A stretch of 64,000 nt of DNA, taken from Williopsis jadinii. Lineage: Eukaryota. The stretch's first letter is position 1. Each line of letters starts with the position of its first letter. Of the stretch, positions 56,301 through 64,000 are shown piece by piece. The translations under genes were made by a program, and so were the position numbers. Under the pieces are notes generated by a model. That model was not told the DNA's origin. It saw nothing but the letters and a program-made list of their open reading frames with translations, and did no database searches. The stretch lies in assembly GCA_024346625.1 (NCBI GenBank), contig AP024666.1, positions 1,984,001-2,048,000 of the forward strand, given 5' to 3'.

Positions 56301-57149
56301 CCTGATGTTGATTACAAATTGAAAGAGATTGTGAGCGAAGTAGTCAAGGGAGGTGTCACAACTGTCACTGAGATTAGCGGAAGATTTTTGGTTTCACAGG
56401 GTCAAAAGGTACTGATTAGAGATTTGCAACAGGACAATTCTACTGTCCCTGTGGCCTTTAGAGATACCCCAACAACTCTATCGGATTCGAAGTCTTTCGA
56501 GAATCTGGTGTTGGTCAGTGATACTTTGAAGAACATTATGTTCTTGGGATTTGACGCTGAGCCTTATAGGCTTTTGTTGCTGGGTAAGAGCTTGGAAGAT
56601 TTGAATGTTTCAAGTTGTGATTTCCTCGTGTCTAATGGGGAAGTCCATTTCCTTGTTGCTGACCATGAAGGAACCTTACACCTTGTATCTTACGACCCGG
56701 ATGATCCAAAGTCTCTCAGTGGCCAGAGGCTTATGCACAAGACAACATTCCATATCAACACACTCACAACAACCATGAGACTGGTGCCTAAACATGAGGA
56801 ATTCAAGCAGACGAGTGATAGTTATCAGGTCATAGGTGCCAACGTCGATGGTTCGATATTCAAAGTCACACCTATCGATGATCAAACGTACAGAAGATTC
56901 TATATACTGCAACAGCAGCTGAGCGACAAAATTGGCCATCACTGTGGGTTGAATCCTAGAGCAAATCGTCTACAATTCAATGACGCTGGAGTTAAACCAA
57001 TTATTGATTTTGGGCTTATTAGGCTCTTTGTTCATTTAAACATCGAGAAGAGACTTCAATTCAGCCTCAAAGTTGGTAAAAGAGCATACGCTGAGATTTG
57101 GAGAGACATAGTTGAGATTGAAAACACTTTGAAGAATCTTTGCGAATAG
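53373..57149 (+). CDS. CFT1: Cleavage and polyadenylation factor subunit (CPSF160)
   Basis: VYDQIVSPSTVTH, LETESLHYYE, FLHNYRDPTLAI, NNGPI, C-terminal CPSF_A propeller (GQKVLIRDL, GFDAEPYR, GLNPR). Confidence 0.93.
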   Translation: MEVYDQIVSPSTVTHCTVANFTSLQCEDLIVVKNTLLQVFRIEDDRLVLFDEYTLQGQVLGVERVKVGGSRYHKLVLLTKFAKLSIVSYNMAKRSLETESLHYYELEFKRLHTNGLSEASLRMDPNYKAALCFHKDILAFLPLAASEDDLDLDETIQQHSTEFLLKSTIIPSSKLDASIHDIIDCQFLHNYRDPTLAIVYNETPAWVADLTIHKDTVNLVVLNLDLATGSSTPIINLENLPLDIWSVKSLPGNGLLLIGCNEIIHVDNSGNTKGIGVNEYYKDCTDFKLEDLSALDVFLEDCQVEVLDSSVLIADKQGGLFNLTFQKDGKSIRKLQMSKLESQFPMSQPSTVARIGDYVFFGNSTSDALLLKSRKTDSENEQSLEKIQREGRNEQDDVSMANDDEDEDLYGDEEDISSNESVQFDKVDSLFNNGPIISFTLARLSPEPSSQGLTNPNYNELSIVGVNGENASGRVTCFNPTLQPKIHSTLKFQNITKCWNLLNKYLITTDLNNFKSEIFLINDNFKNFQSLDFKNNNITVNIDVFTSKKRIVQVSSSNIYIFDYSFKKVLQMNADFEILHAKLLDPYIILTSSNGEIRIFDVDSRGRKLNKVKLPKSLTDIILTYGTVSNTSLLNTGKKRSQTDENINVSNPVFLVTTVNNQILAFRPNHNEEVFQFTNIHKLIEVGEVIPFQNVDGLVPDPFFKQVELLALGDEFNKDEILTLLTIGGEIITYKLDGSHFKKVETNAITGAPENVYPQSTILERKLIPFQTNGYNVLFVTGKQPYIVIKTSQSNPKIFKFTHTSLISLCSYEDKIMFIDGGKNARICSIPFGPNHDYTNKLPIDIFPIGKTINNIAFHETSNLLVMSSLREIPYDAKDEEGNPIVGTEDKRKATSFKSSLILVDPTNWVIFDEMEFDDDIVVNSVKSLQLIVSSKSKKRKEFIVLGTAKYRTEDLTVLGAFQLYDIISIVPDPDKPDVDYKLKEIVSEVVKGGVTTVTEISGRFLVSQGQKVLIRDLQQDNSTVPVAFRDTPTTLSDSKSFENLVLVSDTLKNIMFLGFDAEPYRLLLLGKSLEDLNVSSCDFLVSNGEVHFLVADHEGTLHLVSYDPDDPKSLSGQRLMHKTTFHINTLTTTMRLVPKHEEFKQTSDSYQVIGANVDGSIFKVTPIDDQTYRRFYILQQQLSDKIGHHCGLNPRANRLQFNDAGVKPIIDFGLIRLFVHLNIEKRLQFSLKVGKRAYAEIWRDIVEIENTLKNLCE

Positions 57150-57245
57150 AACGATTGTTTTGACTGTGTTGATGTATTTTGTTGTAGAAATCTGTAGGCG
57201 AAGAATATGGACAGCGGTCACGAAAAAAAAAACTTTGTCCGATGA

Positions 57246-57283
57246 GACATAAAGAACTGGGACATAAAGAACTGGGACATAAA
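57246..57283. repeat. 15-bp tandem repeat in the IKI1 5' leader, preceded by a PAC-like CGATGAG
   Basis: GACATAAAGAACTGG x2 + GACATAAA, immediately upstream of the ATG at 57289. Confidence 0.8.
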
Positions 57284-57288
57284 CAAAG

Positions 57289-58155
57289 ATGGCATCGCAG
57301 ACACAGAGCTCCACGGTGCTACTCACAAGACTCCTATCACAAAAGGAACAGTCGCCTCTAGTGCTGATTCTCGATACAATAGCACAGTCTTCGTTATATC
57401 TTCAACAAGAGTTCATCCACCATAAGCAAGATTCAACAAGTGTGACACTGGTATCGTTCGAGACCGTTGATAAACCGCAATGGGCTGATATCTTCCTAGA
57501 GGCTCAAGACAAGCCACTGAAACGTATTATCGAACTTGTGAACGAAAGCGTTGATCCTCAGGGTAAGAACCTGGTGATCATTGACGCTATAAACTATATT
57601 CCAAATCATAAGCTCACGCAGTTCATCACATCCATTTCGAGGCCTAATATCACGGTGGTTGCTACGTTCCACACCTCATGTCCTGAAGAGGATCGCTTAC
57701 AGTACAGCAACTATCCCTCAAGCTATACGCTATTGACGTACATTGCGTCATCTATCTTTGAAGTACTGCCTAATAGCCTCGACGATGAAGAGTTGGAACG
57801 ACACGTTCAAGAGTTCAAGATACCAAGTGGGCTTAATACACAGTCTTTTGTGCTGAACTTGATCAACCGTCGAAAGAGTGGCCGTTCTTTGTCTTACAAG
57901 TTTCAAATAAACACGCTGACACACGAATACTCACCAATAGTTGATAAACCTCAAGAACACGTTGATTCTCAAGAGCTGTTGAAGGATTTGACCACTTTCA
58001 ACTTGACAACATCAGCAAAGCAACAAAAAGCAAGGGAAAACGTTGAACTGCCTTATCTTGATGCGCAAAGCTTTGAGACAGGTGGAGCCATCGTCTACGA
58101 ATTCGAAAAGGATGACGATTATGATGAAGAAGATCCATATGAAGATCCATTTTAG
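57289..58155 (+). CDS. IKI1: Elongator subunit Elp5
   Basis: LLTRLLS.KE.SPLVLILD, SFET, NRRKSGR, TTFNL, IVYEFEKDDDYDEEDPYEDPF. Confidence 0.92.
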   Translation: MASQTQSSTVLLTRLLSQKEQSPLVLILDTIAQSSLYLQQEFIHHKQDSTSVTLVSFETVDKPQWADIFLEAQDKPLKRIIELVNESVDPQGKNLVIIDAINYIPNHKLTQFITSISRPNITVVATFHTSCPEEDRLQYSNYPSSYTLLTYIASSIFEVLPNSLDDEELERHVQEFKIPSGLNTQSFVLNLINRRKSGRSLSYKFQINTLTHEYSPIVDKPQEHVDSQELLKDLTTFNLTTSAKQQKARENVELPYLDAQSFETGGAIVYEFEKDDDYDEEDPYEDPF

Positions 58156-58233
58156 CTCTCTAATAGCAATCGTGTTGTGTGGCATATAAACATGTATTTG
58201 TATAAGTAAAGACGAAGTGAACAAGGGAGAATA

Positions 58234-60765
58234 TCACCACAACTCCGTGAGTCCATCCCAGTCGCCAACTTTACGTCTTTCCCAATAGTTCGCTGAGCCT
58301 TTGATCAATTCCCACGACAAATCATCCGAGAGGTTTGATTTCGCAAAGAATGAAGGGACATGTACTTGATTTGCATCTGCAACTTCTTTTCTTCTGTCTC
58401 TTTGTCTTTGTTCAAGGGCTAATTTCATTTCAGATGCACCATCGACATCACCGTCTTCGTACATTCTAACGTCTGGTCTCAGTCTTGAATCAGTAAACGG
58501 GATCTTACCCTTTTCAATAAGAGTAATCTGGTTCAAATTTGATGCGTATATCGAAAACCCCCATTTGGAAGATTCGTCCCGTAGCAGTTCAGATGCTTCA
58601 TAAATCGTCTCACTGAACTTGGAATCGTTCCCCTTCTTTATGGTGATTTCATTGGTCCATTTGCCCTCAGCATAGTATTCTGATTTCTTTCCTGCCTTGT
58701 CCATAACCTGAATCTTGACTTCTTCACAACGTGGAGTTGAAAACATACCACTGGTGGGTTTCTTGAACTCGACAACAGATTTCATTCCCGATGAGCTTGT
58801 GACTATAACGTTGTTCGAAGGCTCTGTGTATCTATCACCAGCAATGATGTTCTTAACTATCGTCGTTGGTTGTGACCATTTCAGAATCTCACCAGTGGCT
58901 TTGAACACCAAAGTCAAAGTACCGTTGTTCACGAGTTCGATGGATTTGCCCCAAAACTTTTGATCTGGAGAAACACTGAAGGACAACTCCCAAAGTGAAG
59001 ATTCACAGTGGAATGCAAATATCTGTGGCTTATGGCTAACTTTCTCACCAATCATTCTGAATCCCACATTTTCATCAACAAGTTCATAGGTTTCACCCAA
59101 GATTGGATTAAACGGCTTTCTCATGTTTCTCTGTTTGGATCTAAATGAGCCTAGATTCGCAACAGCAAATGCAGCAACTTTTAAAGTTCTTAAATCTTGA
59201 TTGGTCTCTGTAGCAGCCTGGTTCAATATATCACCATGTTCAAACATTTCGGAAAATTTCTGTAGAATGGTTAAAGGCTCATTATAAGTAACTGGCATGG
59301 ATATGGTGGACAAATCCTTACCAACGTTTTTCCTCAAGAATGAAAATAAACTTGGAGGATTTGTTGTTGACGGTTTAACATCATTTCTTCTCTTTATCTT
59401 TTCTAATGGTAATGGACTCAAATCCCTTGATGCAGCACTCTCGGTAATTGCAGCCTTTGGAGCAAATTCTAGCACTGATTCATCGGCATCTGATAAATCA
59501 TCAACGGATATGTTACTGTCCAAAGAAGTTTTCTGTCCTTGAAGAACAAGAACGTGGTTATCCAACTGATCATATTCGTTTGATTCAAAAGTCTCGTGGG
59601 CATCATAGTAATCATCACTAAATACAGAATTAGTTGGAGATAACACCGTTATGTTCATATCTTGGGATTCCAATACTGAGTTGACATAAAGGGAAAGTGA
59701 TTGTAGCTGTTCTTTCATGGCTGAAATGTCCTTGTCGTCTTTCGTACTCTCCAGATGAGCAAGTGTACTGTGTAATTCATCCAATTTTTGATTGATGATG
59801 GAAAACTCCTCAGGGTGGTGACCCTTGACATCGGCATTTTCCTCCTCGATTTTAGCAAACAAGTCAGCATTTTCCTTTGAAGAAGAAGGTAAGAACTGTG
59901 GACTTGCCATTGCGGACGTATCAGTGTTTTCGGCAGAAGACTGTGATGGTTGTTGTGGAGGTTGTGATGCAGTGCTGTTGAGTTTTATAAAATCCAAGGC
60001 GTTGATCCAATTACTCCAATCTTGATCGTTCAAAGTCTTCAAGATCCAAACCTCCATACCAGAGTCAATGACTATGGTATTGTCCTCTTTGAAAGCAGAT
60101 ACAGTGGACAAATTGATCTGCATTTCACCTCTAAACTTATGAGTGTTTTCATTGAGATAATAACTCAGCGTGTTGTACTTGAAGTTCAACACAAAGAACC
60201 TCTTGGTGAATCCTTGAAGTTTCTTCCTCTTCTTCTTCAATAGATAGCCTTGCAAGTACTGACCGTTCCGTGGGTGCAATTGACTCTGCAAGTTCACAGA
60301 AGACGCCGACGTCGATAACCTTCTAATCGCCGGCTTGTTCTCAACAAAGAACTTGTTGAAGAGCACCTTCTTCGAATAGCTCTTCGAAAACGTGTTATCA
60401 AAAACAAACGCAAAGATCCCACCGTGGTCCAGCTTCAACTCCTCCTTGAACAGCTGGTTCCCCTGGAGCATCCCGTAGCTCTTCACCTCAACCAGCTGAG
60501 AGTTGCGCAACCGCTCATCCAGCGGCATCGACCTCGTCGACGAGCTCCTCTTGATCTGCTGCAACGACGTGGTTGACGAATTGCCGCTCTCACCAAGCCC
60601 TGTAGCGCCGTAGATCGTCGGAGACACCTTGTCCTCCGTGGACTGGTACACGCTGAACTTGATGGACCGCTTCAGGGGCTTTAGCTGAAATATCACATGA
60701 GAGCCGTCAGGAACGTGGATCCATTTCACAGCAAACGAGCGTGAATGGATGTCAATGGTTTCCAT
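58234..60765 (-). CDS. OSH3: Oxysterol-binding protein homolog (GOLD, PH and OSBP domains)
   Basis: METIDIHSRSFAVKW GOLD domain; GYLLKKKRKKLQGFTKRFF PH domain; RKNVGKDLS, KPFNPILGETYE, EKVSHKP, TDSRLRPD; first ATG at 60765. Confidence 0.93.
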   Translation of the reverse strand: METIDIHSRSFAVKWIHVPDGSHVIFQLKPLKRSIKFSVYQSTEDKVSPTIYGATGLGESGNSSTTSLQQIKRSSSTRSMPLDERLRNSQLVEVKSYGMLQGNQLFKEELKLDHGGIFAFVFDNTFSKSYSKKVLFNKFFVENKPAIRRLSTSASSVNLQSQLHPRNGQYLQGYLLKKKRKKLQGFTKRFFVLNFKYNTLSYYLNENTHKFRGEMQINLSTVSAFKEDNTIVIDSGMEVWILKTLNDQDWSNWINALDFIKLNSTASQPPQQPSQSSAENTDTSAMASPQFLPSSSKENADLFAKIEEENADVKGHHPEEFSIINQKLDELHSTLAHLESTKDDKDISAMKEQLQSLSLYVNSVLESQDMNITVLSPTNSVFSDDYYDAHETFESNEYDQLDNHVLVLQGQKTSLDSNISVDDLSDADESVLEFAPKAAITESAASRDLSPLPLEKIKRRNDVKPSTTNPPSLFSFLRKNVGKDLSTISMPVTYNEPLTILQKFSEMFEHGDILNQAATETNQDLRTLKVAAFAVANLGSFRSKQRNMRKPFNPILGETYELVDENVGFRMIGEKVSHKPQIFAFHCESSLWELSFSVSPDQKFWGKSIELVNNGTLTLVFKATGEILKWSQPTTIVKNIIAGDRYTEPSNNVIVTSSSGMKSVVEFKKPTSGMFSTPRCEEVKIQVMDKAGKKSEYYAEGKWTNEITIKKGNDSKFSETIYEASELLRDESSKWGFSIYASNLNQITLIEKGKIPFTDSRLRPDVRMYEDGDVDGASEMKLALEQRQRDRRKEVADANQVHVPSFFAKSNLSDDLSWELIKGSANYWERRKVGDWDGLTELW

Positions 60766-61396
60766 TCTCTGCTGATGCTGTTGGTGATGCTTTCTACTTC
60801 CTCTTGCTCTTCTTAGCCCAACCACTGTGCCAACCGCCACGTGTGTTGGATGAACCGCCCAGCTTCCTTGTTGTTTGTTTACGTCTGTGCTTGTGTTCTG
60901 TGTCCGCTGTTGATTTGTTGATGAGGGAGCTCTGCACCGCGCGCAGTTCTCTGCCGTAGTGTGTGCGCGTGCTAATTCCTTTGGGCGGGAGTTCGATGCC
61001 GCGGTGGGACACAACGTGTGCGCTTGATTCCGACTTGCCGTGATCACGTGATGTATCACGTGGATGCGAATGGACGTATATGGCAGATGGATGTGGACTA
61101 CACGCCTGCGTCGTGGGTGTTATACTGTTACCTTCCCCCGGAGTAGTACGGTGCGACCACTCTGTATCAAAGGACAAGATCAATTGGAGCCATTGCCATA
61201 GGTAACGTTCCAAGAAGGACGCGTATGTTGAGGTGGTAGTTAGAGCTTATACGGGCACTTTGTCACATCCAAACACCACGTGCAGCTACTGGTTTGAGCC
61301 ACACACGGTATCTATTGTTTACGCAGAGCCATTACATCAACATCAACATATAATACCGTGGTGAGCAGACAACGGTTAGTAGAAGCGTAAGGGGAA

Positions 61397-63355
61397 ATGC
61401 TCCACTTGTTGCCGGTGGAGATTGTTGAGCAGATCCTTTTCTATGTGGATGTACCGGATTTGGATAACTTGTTATCAATCCCAGCGTTCAAGGACGCATT
61501 ATCTGATAAGATAGGGCTCATCATTTGTGAAGAGAGCCTGAAACAGTTGTATCCACACATAGGACAGAGATACCAAATCACTGACCATGCAAATGGTATG
61601 GAAAGGTGTCTCTGTGTTGTTGTGCTCGGAGAGTTGTCTAGTGAATCACTCAGGGACGAGCTTGTCAAGAACCACATTCCGAAGAAGTTTTGCTTCCCTA
61701 ATATGGACCGAAGTGAAACCATAACAGAAAGCACATTGTCCTTCTTGCAGAACGAAAGGCGCTGTATAAAGGATACTGCTTTCTTCCAGTATGCTACTGA
61801 AGATTACCAGAGTAGTTGTACACTGAAATTTGAAGACTATTGGAATCCTTTGATCCACAGGTGCTCTCAGCTGAGATCTTTAATTTTACAAGATGTTGGC
61901 TTCTTTCCTGAAGCACTTGATCTGCCATGTCTTGAAAAGTTGAATCTCATCGGATGTTCAAGCTTAGATACATCAACTAGATGGGATCTACCGAAGCTCA
62001 CAACGCTGGTTGTTGAAGAAACTTTCGATTCAATCAATTCTTCGATAGACTACGAGACCATTATGATTACAACGCTCAGATTGCATTTAATACGAGATGA
62101 TATACACTGGTTTGGATTTAATAATGACTCCATTAATTCTCTTTCTGTTACACTTGAGGGATCGGCCTCGCTTAAAATTGAGGATACATCGTTTCTTTCT
62201 CTAAAGAGAGCATTTCTGAGCTCTGGTGGTGCTTTAACTCTACACCGAGTAAGTCTATCATCGTTGACTAATGTTGAGATCAAACTTTCGGAATGCATAA
62301 GTATATCAGGATTGGATGCTCCCAGTTGCAGAGCCTTGAGCGTGTCTTCATCTGCGTCCTCTAAGAGAGATCATTTCTGTTTTATAGATGCTCCAAAGTT
62401 ATCAAATATGCGTTTGAGTGGGTGTCATTTCAGCTTAATCATGGGAAACAACTTTCCATCTTTAAAAGAAGTGTATCTTTGTTCTGTGATGGGCCCAAAT
62501 GATGAGAGATGCTATGACTTCCTTCAAGGAGTAGCAGGTCTTAAGATGATGTCTTCTGATCCCTGGTGGAAGTACACCCCCAATATTGAATATTTGAATA
62601 TCTCTGACAATAAGTCATCAAACCTTGAAGATCTAAGGGAATTCCAGCTCCCTAAGCTCAAAGATTATTGCATAACTTACATTCGTGATGCATCGTTTAG
62701 TCCATTAGAGCTAACATGCGGATCACCGTTGCCGAATTCACCAAGACTTGAAACCATTTCTATCATGAATTTTGCGACCCATCCAAGCGATATCAGAGAT
62801 ATTCAAAGGAAATATTCGTCATCTTTGTTGATAATATCAGTCATCGAACAACCATTGTTGAAAACTGACTATATTACCGGGTACACATTCCACTTGGAAG
62901 AAGTCTCTTTTCCAGTTTTGGAGTCGCTTTCGATGGAGATGGGGTATCCCGTAACTTACAACTTCATGAACGCTAACTTCCCAAAGCTCAACTATCTACT
63001 TTTGACATCGTCACTTCCTGGAGCCAATAATGGTCATCCTGTTCTTGATGAGTTCCATCTCGATCTCAAAGCACCTGAGCTCTGTTTACTATCTCTTGAA
63101 GATACAAGTGTGGGGCCTAATCCGTGCATACAGGAGCTTCCTAAGTTAAAATCACTGAGAATATTGAATCCTCCCGATTTGAATGTACAGAGCTTGACCG
63201 TTGTGAGATGTCCACAGCTGGAGGCTTTCTTATTGGAGAAGGAGACACCAAATCAAGATGGCTCGATTTTATTGATACGTCACGATGGAAGTCTGGACAA
63301 AGTAGTGGATCTCAACACCAACTACAAGTACAAAAGGCTGGAAACTATGGTTTAG
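61397..63355 (+). CDS. F-box protein with degenerate leucine-rich repeats
   Basis: N-terminal LLPVEIVEQILFYV F-box-like motif; repeated (L/F/A)P.L..L.L motifs (LPCLEKLNL, LPKLTTLVV, FPSLKEVYL, FPVLESLSM, LPKLKSLRI). Confidence 0.8.
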   Translation: MLHLLPVEIVEQILFYVDVPDLDNLLSIPAFKDALSDKIGLIICEESLKQLYPHIGQRYQITDHANGMERCLCVVVLGELSSESLRDELVKNHIPKKFCFPNMDRSETITESTLSFLQNERRCIKDTAFFQYATEDYQSSCTLKFEDYWNPLIHRCSQLRSLILQDVGFFPEALDLPCLEKLNLIGCSSLDTSTRWDLPKLTTLVVEETFDSINSSIDYETIMITTLRLHLIRDDIHWFGFNNDSINSLSVTLEGSASLKIEDTSFLSLKRAFLSSGGALTLHRVSLSSLTNVEIKLSECISISGLDAPSCRALSVSSSASSKRDHFCFIDAPKLSNMRLSGCHFSLIMGNNFPSLKEVYLCSVMGPNDERCYDFLQGVAGLKMMSSDPWWKYTPNIEYLNISDNKSSNLEDLREFQLPKLKDYCITYIRDASFSPLELTCGSPLPNSPRLETISIMNFATHPSDIRDIQRKYSSSLLIISVIEQPLLKTDYITGYTFHLEEVSFPVLESLSMEMGYPVTYNFMNANFPKLNYLLLTSSLPGANNGHPVLDEFHLDLKAPELCLLSLEDTSVGPNPCIQELPKLKSLRILNPPDLNVQSLTVVRCPQLEAFLLEKETPNQDGSILLIRHDGSLDKVVDLNTNYKYKRLETMV

Positions 63356-63498
63356 TACTGAAGATATAATCTCTTCAAATCCTTGTCGAGGTTGTATGCT
63401 CGTACACTGTAATGCTATTATTTATCAGAATGGGCAATGCATACTCAACGACTGATCCAAAGTATACGATGATGATACACGAGATGGGCCTGGCATCA

Positions 63499-63999
63499 CT
63501 ATAAATAACGCCTTTTGCGCCTTGGAAGAGCCGGTATTGTCATAGGATTGACGTTGCACAAGTCATAGTACTCGTCTTCATCCATGTCGTCATGAGTCAA
63601 ATAAACCCCAGTGGCTGACTCGTTCAGTGGCATGTTGCTTTGACTTCTACCGGTTTCATTCCCAGTGTATTCCATGCTGACTTGGTTCAACTTCATAACA
63701 GTCTCAGAATGGTCTTGTCTGTATAGTTTCTTGACATACCTCGTTATTTTCCTAGACTGGTACTCTAGGACATCATCATGGTCGACAAAGAGCCCAAACT
63801 TGAGTCCAGTGCACAGCAAACCGACACTAGTTCCAATGTTGAAACTACTGTTATCGTTCATCACAAGTGGCCAGCAGTACGACTGGTCATCATACTCGTA
63901 CCTCATATCTTCATCAAGAGATGTTGATAGATTGCCATTGTCGTTTGATACTGTGCTCGACGTTTCAACAATACCTTGATAGCACTCGTTTCGCCAAAT
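63499..63999 (-). CDS. 3' part of a hypothetical protein, truncated by the window edge
   Basis: The frame of ORF 63499-63906 stays open to the window end (IWRNECYQG...DEDMRYEY...); basic C-terminus RRKRRYL. Confidence 0.6.
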   Translation of the reverse strand: MWRNECYQGIVETSSTVSNDNGNLSTSLDEDMRYEYDDQSYCWPLVMNDNSSFNIGTSVGLLCTGLKFGLFVDHDDVLEYQSRKITRYVKKLYRQDHSETVMKLNQVSMEYTGNETGRSQSNMPLNESATGVYLTHDDMDEDEYYDLCNVNPMTIPALPRRKRRYL

Positions 64000-64000
64000 C

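Noticed and set aside
60766..61059. 98-aa N-terminal extension of OSH3 from GTG (and similar extensions for BOR1, PER1 and MDL1)
   Set aside because: Near-cognate starts running through promoter/UTR sequence; homology begins at or after the first ATG

Overview
Eukaryotic budding-yeast (Saccharomycotina) chromosomal DNA, gene-dense and intron-poor. It uses the standard genetic code: CTG encodes conserved Leu in the ALD motifs VLKTAE and ELGGK, so it is not CUG-Ser clade. Composition and gene style suggest Phaffomycetaceae (Cyberlindnera/Wickerhamomyces-like), which is an inference. About 20 conserved genes are recognisable: CLB2-type cyclin, MUP1, mitochondrial ALD, GDI1, a YDL199C-like sugar porter, TRM8, DUR3, ATG26, MET2, SPC25, ISC1, BOR1, PER1, MDL1, SKG3/CAF120, MPS3, AIM24, GPI11, CFT1, IKI1/ELP5 and OSH3. 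There is also a GATA factor, an F-box/LRR protein and a few orphans. Most notable: (1) GDI1 is split by two introns around a 6-nt microexon that the ORF track misses; (2) a highly decayed ~150-bp tandem array of about 9-10 units lies in a 7-kb gene-free interval between GPI11 and an atypical two-finger GATA factor; (3) a Rap1/telomere-like 12-mer, CACCCGGACACC, recurs in promoters; (4) there is a miniature prefoldin-alpha-like ORF and a stand-alone cyclophilin-E-type RRM gene. I found no supportable tRNA, rRNA, CRISPR or intact transposon. All calls come from reading motifs by eye; no searches were run.
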